Notes under the pieces: model-generated
Database searches by the model: none
Told to the model about the DNA's origin: nothing
The model's input: only the letters and a program-made list of their open reading frames with translations
DNA from: Carcharhinus longimanus
Taxonomy: Eukaryota
Assembly: GCA_030264375.1 (NCBI GenBank)
Contig: JASCQW010000139.1
Span: 17,488,686-17,552,685, forward strand
Length of the DNA: 64,000 nucleotides
Direction of reading: 5' to 3'
Shown here: positions 11,701 to 23,700 of the stretch, piece by piece
Numbering within the stretch: the stretch's first letter is position 1
Layout of the letters: each line of letters opens with the position of its first letter
Made by a program: the position numbers and the translations under genes

Positions 11701-14700
11701 CCAAAAGCCCTAGGCTGTAGCATTTAATAGGTGGTGGCTGCAAGCTGTTGGGTGAGCGAGTACATACATGAGCAAGTGTCAATGACCAGAGACTTCTGGA
11801 TACCTCAGATTAAATTTCAGAAGGCTGCAAAGGTGTGAAGTAATTCATCTTGCACTGGCAAATTTATACTTGCCTTCATCAGTCAGGAACTGGTCGATGC
11901 TAGAATTTCCAGAAAATAATCAATTACTTTTCATTCTTATAATTATTTCTACCAAGAAGTCTTGTAGTTCAACACAAAAGCAGCATCGTCACTGCATAAT
12001 GCAGTTTATGACTCTTTGGGTTTGTATGACTAGCTTGGTGGCAATTATGGCTACCTGTTCAAAAACAAACATTTCAATAATATGAAGACTGTCAAAAGAT
12101 CCCAGATTGTATCAAGGCCCAACTGGGTACAGTCTGAGTTGTCCGAATCCAACTCTGTAAATAAAACATCACTGTGTTGTACCCATGTTGGATGTGCAGA
12201 CTGGATCATTTCAACAGTCTGCAGAGGATTTTGGTAACAATATTATAAAAATCAGGATTCCCCAGTAGGAAATAAATGCATCAAGTGACATTTCAATGAA
12301 CTATAAAAATCAGGTTCAAACACGTTTTGGTTGCTGTAGCTAACAGCCATGGGAATGCTACAACTGTCCTTGGTGTCTCTGTTCTTTGAGGAAAGTAATG
12401 GAGAGAACAGCCTAGATGAAAAAAAATTTAGCCAGTTCCTGGTTGCTGTCAAATGACTTGCTAGACCGTGCTCCTAGATATCTAGACTATGATGCCTTCC
12501 ATAGTCAACCTGGCAGGGCTCACATATGAAAAAATGGCTCTTTTGAAGGAGGTACATTTTATGTTAATTTGTTCATAGAACACGGTGTCTCAGGCAAGGA
12601 AAACTTTTATTGCCCATCACTATTCACCCTCAAGGTGGTGATGGTGAGTTGCCTTCTTAAAACGTTGCATCATGTGGTGCGAGCACGCCCACAGTGCTGT
12701 CATGGGTTCCGTCCTCTGGCAATAATGGAACAATACAACTGCACAAATTATCATCTTCAGTAGTGAGGAAAATTGGACAGACTGTTTCACAAAAATAAAA
12801 AAAGAAAAATTCAGAACTTTAGGTACGTAACAGTTTTGATAACTTCAGAGAAACCAAAAATGCTATTGCTATTTTCACAATAACACAAGGCAGAACTGCA
12901 AAATTGGTTTCCACTCAATTGCTTCAGTGATGTTCTGTTTTGCAGAATTAAACATATATTTTCCTCGATATTTTAAAAGCAGTTGTTAAGAACATACAGG
13001 CAAAAACAGATAACTGTTAAAACAGAAACAACTAGAACATCTCCATTAACCATTCAAGGATATAGCATGAGGTCTATTCTATGGAAGGAAGAACGGGAAA
13101 CAATTTCCAAAATCCAATTTAGAAAATAGTTCTGGAATGTACATTCTGCAGAAATTCTGCCCACGCTGAGTTCTATTAAACACAATCAACAAAACATTAT
13201 AATCTCCAATCAGGTTCAACTCACCCCAGTGGCAGCTCGTTGGTCTGGGTATTGTCATAATCACTGTCTGTTCCACTGCCACGTTTGTCCAGTTTGGACA
13301 CCTGTAAATGGAAATAAAGCATGAGTTGGCAGTATAGTGTACTGATGCATAGGTTTTATTGTTAGATCAACTGTTCACTAGTAATTATTTCAAGAAAATT
13401 TACAGGCAGTTAAGTAGGACAGGTTACCCCAATTTCCGATGATAAACATGAAAGCAACTCTGAGAATAACTATGCCAGATCAAATCTGTCAGTGATCAGA
13501 TTTCATACCCAGGTTTCATAATTCTGCACTTTGGTTATGAATTAGTTGAGGACCAAATAGTTTTAGTTTGCTCAAGATAAAAAGCTGTTAATGTTAATAT
13601 TTCCATGAAGGACAGGATGATTGGATTCAATAGTCCTGATTTCCTTCCACATAAACAGTACTCTCTCCTCCCTCCTCTCCCTTGGAATTGGCATCTCCAT
13701 TGGGACAACAGACACCCTAACACTGTTTCAGGCCTTACTCTTGAGTGTAGAAATTATAGAATTTGATGAGGTGCAAACTCTAAATTGAATATTGTTCATT
13801 TTATTCCTCGGAATAGGGAGCCTTCCATTCCTTTCATGCCAATCCCGATCATGCAACTTCCTTTCTGGGCCTCCATTTTAGCCACTATCATAAATGGTCA
13901 CTCCAGTGCATCAAGCATGGTTCTTCTGCCTTTCAATAGTCACTATTCCCTCAACAGTGGTTGAGGCTGCTGTCTCAGTGCCAGGGACCCAGGTTCAATT
14001 CTGGCCTCGGGTACCATCTGTGCGGAGTCTGCACATTTTCCCCATGTCTATGTGGACTTCCTCCCACAGTCCAAAGATGCGTGGGTTAGGTTGATTAGCC
14101 CTGCTAAATTAAACCTAGTTTCAGGGGTGTCGGTAGGCTAAATATGAGGGGTTACGGGAATGGGGTCTGGGTGGGATTGTGTTCAGTGCAGACTCAATGG
14201 GCTGAATGGCCTGCTTTTGCACTGTAGGGATTCTATTCTGTGATTCTAAATAACCAATGATGCCTTTATCCTTACTACTTATTGCCCTATCTCCAACCTC
14301 CCTTTCCTTAGATCTCAATTAAAATCAGATGGTTGAAGAACACAAGCTAATTACAGAACTGTGTTAACTCAATACATGTTGGTATACTTAGATGGAGTTG
14401 CATTGTAAATAGCCAGAATAAAAATGACAAACCAATTATTCATCATGCCCCTGGCCCAGTAGATCTGAATCCTTTCAAATATTGTTTAAAGACTCTCTAC
14501 ACATTAAAAATACTTAGATCATTTTATACTTAAATGAATTCAATTTTTTCACATGGAATAAAGAATAGGATCAGCAGGATTCCTATACTTCTCTTGGAAG
14601 AACATTTCCGAATGCCAATTGGAGAATTCCTTAAATTACATTCTCAAAGTTAATTTCATCTTAATGAAACCAAGAACTGTACAATAAAGGAAAGGTAAAA

Positions 14701-17700
14701 CATAAGGTTTTGCTGAATTGGATACCAGGTTCACATTTAATAGCAAAATTTGTAAAATCTAATGGAAAATTTTCCAGAAAATTAGCAGGAAAGCCATAAT
14801 CTGCAGATTCAAACAGATTGACATACGAAGTCAAAGGAATGTAACTCCAAGACAAACCTCAAGATTTCTACTGCAACACCAGTTTGAATCAATGAGACCA
14901 CTACTTAAAGTGGTGAGCACACGGTACAAGGCATTCGGCTAGAACACAAGCTGGTAGGTGCACAGGTTGGATGGGGGTGGAGAGGGGGCGTGAGGCCCGA
15001 GGGTTTGAAAATTCTTCCCCGCCCGCCCCTGTCAATATTATACTTTCAAAATGGAAAGGCAAGTTCCAATTACTTCTTCTTTTAAACAAGGAATTAAAGT
15101 GCTGTGAAAGTGCAGGTCTGCCAGCTGTATTACTAACATGTCCTGGATCCTTTAAAGGATGGTGTACATCTGACCAACCAGAGGGTTTACAAATTTTGTT
15201 TTGCAAACCTGGACTATATATGATTTCAGAACATCCAACTCAATTGCTTTTTTGGATGGTAGTTTCAATTCGCTACAACTCCGACACCATAAAAATATAC
15301 TGATTAACAAAATAACAAAGACGCCTCTAAAAGCCCAAGACTCACTGAATCTTTTGAATGTTCTGAATCACAAGTTTTACAATTAGATCTTAACTGGCAT
15401 ACATGTCGAAATACAGTTTAAATATTTTAAACTTTTTGACATTCCCTTGTCCCCGTACCCAAAGAGTCAGCTGTTATGGGTTAACAGAAAAGGAAAAGTA
15501 ATAAAAGTGCATGCATTCTTGGGAAGAGATTAACCTTTTTCTGTTAATACCTACATTACGGCAGATGGTTCCAATATATCTCTGTTTTCCTGTTTCAACA
15601 GCATCTTTCTAATGCTGCAGAACTAGCTGATTGCAGGTTTGAACATTTTTCTTTTTTCCTCATTCCTGAATTTCCCATACAACAGGATTTTAAGCAAAAC
15701 ATTTTCACGTGTGAGAGAGAACTGGACATACTAATAAAGTATTGAATTTTAAATGGAGATCAAGTCCTCTCTTCACCACTGTAGTTTCATAATGCAAAAC
15801 CAGACTGGTCCCAAGTAACAACTTTCAAGTCCTTCATGTGCTATAACTGTGCTAGTTGCCTGCATAGCTAAGATGGAAAGAGCCATACACAATAATGTTA
15901 GGGGGCGTGGGACTTTGGAGGAAGAGGAAGGGACAAAGTTCCACATTCTTAAGCTAATCTGTTTTCAAGCAATGCATTTGAAATGGACATGTCTACAATT
16001 AAATGAGCAGTTTTTACATAGAAACCTATAAACTTCACCAAACCTTAAAAGATTTGTTGAAATTTGACTTTTGATGGCATCAATGGAAGGCACAATATGT
16101 AGCTGCTCTCTCTGTAACACTGGTTTTGTACTTTCCTTCCAAAAGTTAGGAAAGTGGGAGAATCAAGGGCACATGATATATCCATAGAACTTAGCTCATT
16201 AATGCAGCTTCACACAAAAAGGAGATTATGAATTAGAATAATTTCTTAAATATTTCTGTCAGATGCCTTTTAAGAACACTATGAAATTATTTTTTCCTAT
16301 AGCCATTCAAAAATAACTTAAATGTAATTTTGCCAGCTTCCTGCAAGAGCAAGTTTGCTCCCATAACTGTATCACTCAGTACATGACTGTTATTTTATGC
16401 AAATTGTAAGACTTCATTAAAATAATTAGAGATTTGTGAATACATCGATTGATTATGCAAACTATGTGTACACAAAGTTAATACTTGCACTTCTTTGGAA
16501 GGAATACAGTTGTCTAAGAATGCCATGAATTTAAGTACAAACTTGAAAATAAAAACAAGATCTGAACTGGGCTCTATCCAGATTTCAAATCAAATGCTGG
16601 AAACACTCAGCAGGTCTGGTAGCATCTGTGAAGGGGAAAATAATTCAAGTTTCAGGTTGACGCCCATTCCAGAGTTCTAAAAAAGGTCATCGACCTGAAA
16701 AATTTAACTTCATTTTTCTCGCCACAGATGCTACCAGTCCCATTGCGCAGTTGCAGCATTTTTTGTTTTTCATTCAGATTTCCAGCATCTGCAGTATTTT
16801 GCTCTCCTGTTCAGATTTCCTTTGTTACCCTCACTTATAGCCTAAAAGAATAAAGGACAAGGAATTTCTAACACCAAACCGTAACTAAATCTCGATTCAA
16901 GGAAACTTTGCAAGGGTTTACTATGATCAACATGAATGGTGAGATCTCAGAATCATCTGCCATTATGCATGATGCCTTCTTCATGCAGTTTACTAAAAAT
17001 TATAAAAATATTCTTTTATTTTACATGAACAATATCAGAGTCTTTGATTGTAATATTCTCATTCAAAAAAGCAATATTGAATAAATGCTAAGAATTTAAC
17101 CCTTTGAGAACTACAGTAGCAGTCGACTGTTGCATTTCAAAGTTGCAATTCTTTCTCTATTCATTTCTGAGATGTGGGTGATGCTGGCAGGACCAGACTA
17201 ATCACCTCCAAGAAGGTGTTGCAAAATGGAAAGTCTTCCCCTCTTCCATGCTGCGTATTTTGATGCCTTGTTCCATAATTTTTAGTGGGAATTTACAATA
17301 AATCCCACTAACAAAAACAACAGGTTCTGACCATTTGAGCAGGCACCGAGTCTCAGAGGATTAACATCCTTGAGGATTAGGAGAACAGTTCTACGTTTCC
17401 TTTGAGAAAAATCTACTGGAATTTTGATTCAGTATTTGTCAATCTGAAATGGATGAAATTAATTGTGGGAAAGACAGCTACCTGCAATAATTGCAATGAA
17501 CTCAGTTTTAAAATAGATAATTAAAAAACTTATAGACAACAAAAGAAAGCCTTTCACAGGGAAAGAAAAACATTTTCAATGAACAGAAAGTTACCCCTAG
17601 TTTCTGCGTGCAAGAGTAAAAGCTTGTGAATATTTTCCTTCAATAGTTTGACCCTCTGCTGATTTTGTTCAGCCACGTCACCACTGATCTCCTACACCCC

Positions 17701-20700
17701 CAAAGGCTTTTTATAAATTAGACTATAAAAAACAGATGTTTTAGCTTTATAATGCTTCGGTTAATGGTTTCCATACCTGCTATTAAAACATCATTCATCA
17801 GCTGCTTTTATTTAAATTTACAAAACCTGTGCCTCAATTCGACTGAAAAAGAGAGGAAAGCAGTGCTCAAAGGGTTAATACATGGAGAAATTGGAACAGT
17901 CANNNNNNNNNNNNNNNNNNNNNNNNCTTCTTGAATGGCAAATGGCCTTGCTTGACAAATATGTGATCACTGAAGGTCAATATGCTATTCAAGAGAGGAA
18001 AAGGTGTTAAGAGATTGTTAAAAGGGAAGCATTATTTAACTGCAGTGTTCACATTAACAGCTGAGCAAGAGGGGCTTATCTTTTGGAATGCACACTGCAC
18101 AACCATTTCAATTCATCTTATTCACCCCACGTTTTGTTATGCAGCTTCTTAGTTATGTTGTAAATAATCCTTGTTTTCAGACCACTCTACATTAATGCTG
18201 TGGAAAAACTTCACTTGAGGGCACATAGCAAAATTAACAAAAAGATAAGTCTGAAATTTCACACGAGACTCAAAAAATGGTTGGAGCAATGCTGTATTTC
18301 ATTTTTTCAAGTTTTGCAAAATATTAATGTAAATCTGTGTCTAACTGTAACTTTGCCACCTCTTCAGTATATGGGGACCCATAAAATAATAGGCCACTTA
18401 GCCCCTCAAGTCTGTTTCAGTCTTCTACGGCACATCGGAATCTCAATTCTATTTGGCCACCTTTGCTCCTCGTCTTCTGACACTCTTACCCATAAAAATC
18501 TTCCTTCAAAACGTCAGTTGATCCCCATATCCTTTTTCCAGGGAGTTGGAGGCAAAAATCCAAAACTTCCCTACCCTCGATTTAAAAATGTTGTTCCTAA
18601 TTTCTCTCCTAAAAGGCCTACTTTTCTTAAGATGATGCCCCTTAATCCTGTACTCAGCCACCATACTAGTTTAAAAGTTGATTTGATTAACATTAAGTAA
18701 GTTGGAAGATATTGGGGAGGAGAAAAAAATTGCTTCATTTAATTAGTCAAGTTATTAGGGAAATAAATGGACTGGTAAAATTGGTATGAAATGGCAGGAA
18801 GATCTTTCAGAAACAAGGCTAGATGTGTCTAATGATTTTTTTCAATGCATATCATCACAGATGATGATTTAGGACAGTATTACTTTGGGCCAACTTCAGA
18901 GATGTATTGTAAGTATAAAGTTTCTTGAGTTCTTTTTCAAGTGACCAAGTTTCTTTTTTTTAAAACTGTACCATAAACTAAGTTGACTTAATGCAAGATT
19001 GCTAATGTAATACACCATATGGTGTTCAGGCTAATTGACAACATTATGTGGTTCTGCAACAACTTACTGACTTGCATAAATTCTATTAGAACACACTGGA
19101 AGACTGCAAATGGTGGAATTCCACAGATCCCTCCATGACCGAACTAGCACCACATTACAAGTCAAATAACTCCTGTGCCAACACTTCAATGGTAAATTAA
19201 CAACTGCAGTATCATGAGAAAAAATCATGGTTACATTCATTAATCTATGTATATTTCATTGAAACTCATTTACAAAGTGCAGTTTCACTTTGTTGTGTTA
19301 TGTACTTCATTCCAAAACTGAAAAATATTGTTTGAAAGTTATTTTTGACATATTCAATTAGGCATTCCAAAAAAGAACCTCCCATCATTACAGGGAAAAG
19401 AGAAGCAAAGATTATAGAGGAAGAAAATCCATGCAAAAGGCATGGACACTCCTAGAACACTTGCTGGAATCCTTTCTGCCCCTTCTTACTTGAGCCCAAC
19501 TGAGATGGTACTTAACCACGGATCTGCCGCAATCCTGTGAACAGGAGTGCAGCGGAGAGAAGGGAAAAGGCACAGAGGTCACGGAGACACCCCTGCGAAT
19601 CTGTAACATGGAAGGGACAGTGTAAACAATGACATGCACATTTACATTAATGAACTTTTTTAAAAAAACATGCATGTAACTTGTTATTGCCAACTTGCAT
19701 TATGTAGACAAATACTGGTTAAACAGTCTCATGCTGAAGAAGTCAAACAAAAGCAGTTATCTTATGTCAATCAACTAGTGGATTGTGAATTTTGTTAATG
19801 CAACGTGCATATGCTATTAATGAAACAAAATAGCACAAATGAAGCAACATTTACTTAAAACTGAATTGAATCAGTGATTTCCCTTATTTAACTATTCTCA
19901 AAATAATGTTCACTGAACAATTATACTGTAGATTAATTCATTTTTGTAGATGTGCTGATCATTAGCAATAATGAGATGAAAATGCCTTTTCAAAAATTGT
20001 TTGATCTACTTGAAATTGTTGGAATATATAAAAAAGTGTGCAAATCTGAAATGTAGTTTCATTTAATACCAGCACAATCCGACAATTCCACATTCATACC
20101 TACATCTATACATTAAATTATTTATGCGCCCACAATAACCTATTCTGTCTCCTCATCTCACTGAGTGCATCAATCCTATGACTCTTATATCTGTTCATTA
20201 TCAGTACATTGATGATAGACGCCACCAGATTTTGTTCATCATTAGATTTAGAGCCACAATGCAGAATTCCAAATATGTTAAGATAGTTAGCAAAGCCCAA
20301 TTGGATTTGGACTTGGTTTATTTTCCGAAATTTGAACATTTATTTTTCCCTTATCTGTTGGAGGTGAGGGAGGGCCAATTCAAGGATTTGGGAAAGAACG
20401 TTTCATGATAATTATACCTGTCTCCAACTCTTTTGTTCAAAACAGTATTAAGGATCAGAAGCATTAATAATTTGAAAGAGTAATCAAGGTGAATTCAACT
20501 GAAAAATAACTTAATTACACCAGTTGCATGGAATGTGGGATCACAAAAATGAGGAAGTATTCAAATACTGCAAATTGCGAACAAAGACAAGGACCAGAAA
20601 CACATGCAGCAAATGTGTGTGTGTTTTATGATTGCTCAGTGCCATATGTCCTTGCAAATCTCTAACCTTTTGTGATGGCCACTTTATCACACAAATGGGA

Positions 20701-23700
20701 ATTTTATACAAAACTGAATGCTGAGCACGAATTGTCTAATAGTACATCTGAACACAACAGCAGCTCACTTGCAAATTAATACCAGAACTTTGCACTGCAG
20801 CTAGGGTTAGAAGATGTAACACCTCATTAATGAATGCTGGAAAATATTTCTTCCCCCAGAATTTTAAGCCTGGGAAATGAGAGACTGTCCTACGATTCCT
20901 AAACTAAACAGTTATTATTGTTTTGTTAATAATGATTAAGCAACAAGCTGTATTGAAGGTCAATGCACTTGGTTTGAAATAAAGTCCACATTGTAAAGCA
21001 TTAACTCACATTACAATCCAAAGGCTGAAGTCTTGTGGCAATGTCATCAGTAGTTTGTCCAAAGGATTTCTGTCCTGATCTGGTTTCATACATGGACACA
21101 GCTTGTCGGTCACGTCTACTTGCGCTTGGGTGGGGGGCAAGGTCTTGGCGGTCACTAGTAGTTGGTGACGGATGTAGACTCGGAGCTTGCTGTTTCATTT
21201 GTGCGTTCTCTGTCTGCAATTTGTTAATCTGAAATTTTATCAAAAAGGGATCCACAACATCTTGAAATAACTTGATATTAAAGGAGCCCTCTTCATTGCA
21301 AAATTTAAACATTTGTTTTATCAAAGATTACACACAGCAATATATAAAATAGGAGGGTGTAGATGGGTAGGATTACACTCTTCAGATGTGACTAAATTAT
21401 TTTATATTTCATATCTAGGTTTCCATCATTAAAAATCGATTACTAAATATCCATGCGGTTTCGTATAAAAATTTTGAATTTGTCTAGTGCAACATGCCAA
21501 ATAGGATAGAATACCTGGAACTATCTGAAGAAAGCGAGGGCAGCATTAAGTTTTGCAAAGTGAAAGCATTAAAGGTATCAGTGCAAAGTGCTACAGCATG
21601 TTGGACACAAGTCTGCATCCTCAGTTTTCTTACATGAAAAATTGGCAACTTTGGGCATGTCATCAGAACAGGTAGTAGTTACACGCAAGAAAATAAACAA
21701 CATTGGCTGTCCGGGAAATCATTTTATTTTAAACACAGAAGGGCATTTAGTTATCACTCTTAAATAGATAGTTGTAAAATTTGTCTCAAACTACCAGCCT
21801 CCCCCCACCATATCATTTTTCAGGTTACTTTTTCAAATATTTGTCCTAGTTTCTGGTGCAAAATAACTAAAAAAAAATTTGGAATGCCTATTATAGAGGA
21901 TGTGCAGTAGAGCAGCCATAAAATAATTACATTTTAGACCCAAAATCTGATCACTAATTTATTAGATCTATTTATATAAAAGGCAAACCACAGGAATATT
22001 CACGCCTCAGTTAGATGTTCATGGTGTCTGATTATTTGCATGTTACACATTCTTTGCTGGTGCTTGAGACTATTAAAATAATGCAAGATGCTAAATAAGT
22101 GTATAGTGACATAAATTCAAATGCTGTACCAGAATGAGTTGAAAAGCAACAAACAATTTGGTGCAAAACTGGAGCAAATTCAATTACAAATTACTAACAT
22201 AAGCACCATTAGTGTCCTTGCCTGAAAATTCCTTGCTGTTAAACTGGCTTCCTGGATAACAATAATACTTTAATGTGACATAGCTCCCTGACTCAAATTT
22301 TTATTTTACACTAAAGCTTAGATTATGCAATCAAGTCTCCAAAGTGAACATTAACTTTGAGAAATTATTGAAAGTGTCTGGACCACAGTCATACATTGAC
22401 TAACAGTTTTAAGTTTATTTATCATAGCATTATTACCCTTCAACAAAAATACCACAACACTGAAGTTAGTCTGCAGTGCTAGCCAGATATTGTGCAAATA
22501 CAACAACTAACACTTAAAATGACCAATACCATTGACAGAAATAGAATCACAGAATGACTACAGCACCAAAGTAGTCCATTTAGCCAATTGTGCCCATGAC
22601 AGCTCTCTGCAAGAGTCACTCTGCGAGTTCCATTTCCTGCATTTTCCCTGGAATTATTTTCTCTTCAGATATTGTCCCATTCTCCTTTGAAAACTATTGA
22701 ATCTGCCTCCACCATTAAGTGGTTAGGCAATCCTAACCACTTGCTGCAAGAGGATTTTCATCATGTCACTTCTGCTTACAAACACAGAATCCCTACAGTG
22801 CAGAGGCCGGCCATTTGGCCCTTTGAGTCTGCAACAACTCTCCGAAAGAGCATCTCATCCAGGCCTAGCCCTCCCGCTCCAGCCTTGGAACCCCACACAT
22901 TTTACCATGGTTAATCCACCTAACCATACACATCCATGGATACTAAGGGATAACTTAGTAGGTCTATTCACCGAACCTAACAGCCCACATCTTTGGACTG
23001 TGGAGGGGGGGGAAACTGGAGCACCCAGAGGAAATCCACACACACATGGAGAGAAGGTGCAAACTCCACACAGACTGTCAGCTAAGGCTGTGATCAAACC
23101 CAGGTCCCTGCCACCGAGTCAGCAGTGCTAACCACTGTGCCACCAATTTCTTTTGCCAATTACCTTAAATCAGTATGCATTGGTTCTTGACCCTTTCAAC
23201 CATGGCAAAAGTTTCCCCNNNNNNNNNNNNNNNNNNNNNNNNNNNNNNNNNNNNNNNNNNNNNNNNNNNNNNNNNNNNNNNNNNNNNNNNNNNNNNNNNN
23301 NNNNNNNNNNNNNNNNNNCCATCTACTTTGTCCAGATACTTGACGATTTTGAAGGTATTTTGGAGGTATTTTGAATACCTCCATCAAATCTCCTCTCAAC
23401 TCTAAGGAGGAGAAACTCAACTTTGCCAATCTATCCACATAACTGAAAATTTTCATCCCTGGAACCATTCTGAAGTTGCTCCTGCACTCCACCATTGCCT
23501 CCACAGCCTTTCTGAATTGTTGGAATTGGACACAATACTCCAACTGAGGCTGATCCAATGTTTTATAAAAAGGTTCACCAAAGCATCCTTACTGTACTCT
23601 ATCTTTCACCATATTTGTAAATGTAGTCGTGTGAAAATACATAAGGTGCACTGTTACAAGTTGTATTGCAGACTGCAATAACAACTGCTGTATTAAATAA

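Noticed and set aside
15551-15589. 39-nt candidate poison exon (ENRDILEPSAVM*) with a nearby TGCATG
   Set aside because: Purine-rich acceptor region and weak donor (gtatta); no independent support.
18200-18700. 166-aa ORF, and other long ORFs in the track including those spanning N-runs
   Set aside because: No recognisable domain. It overlaps what looks like a decayed antisense CR1 tail region, and N-spanning ORFs are artefacts.
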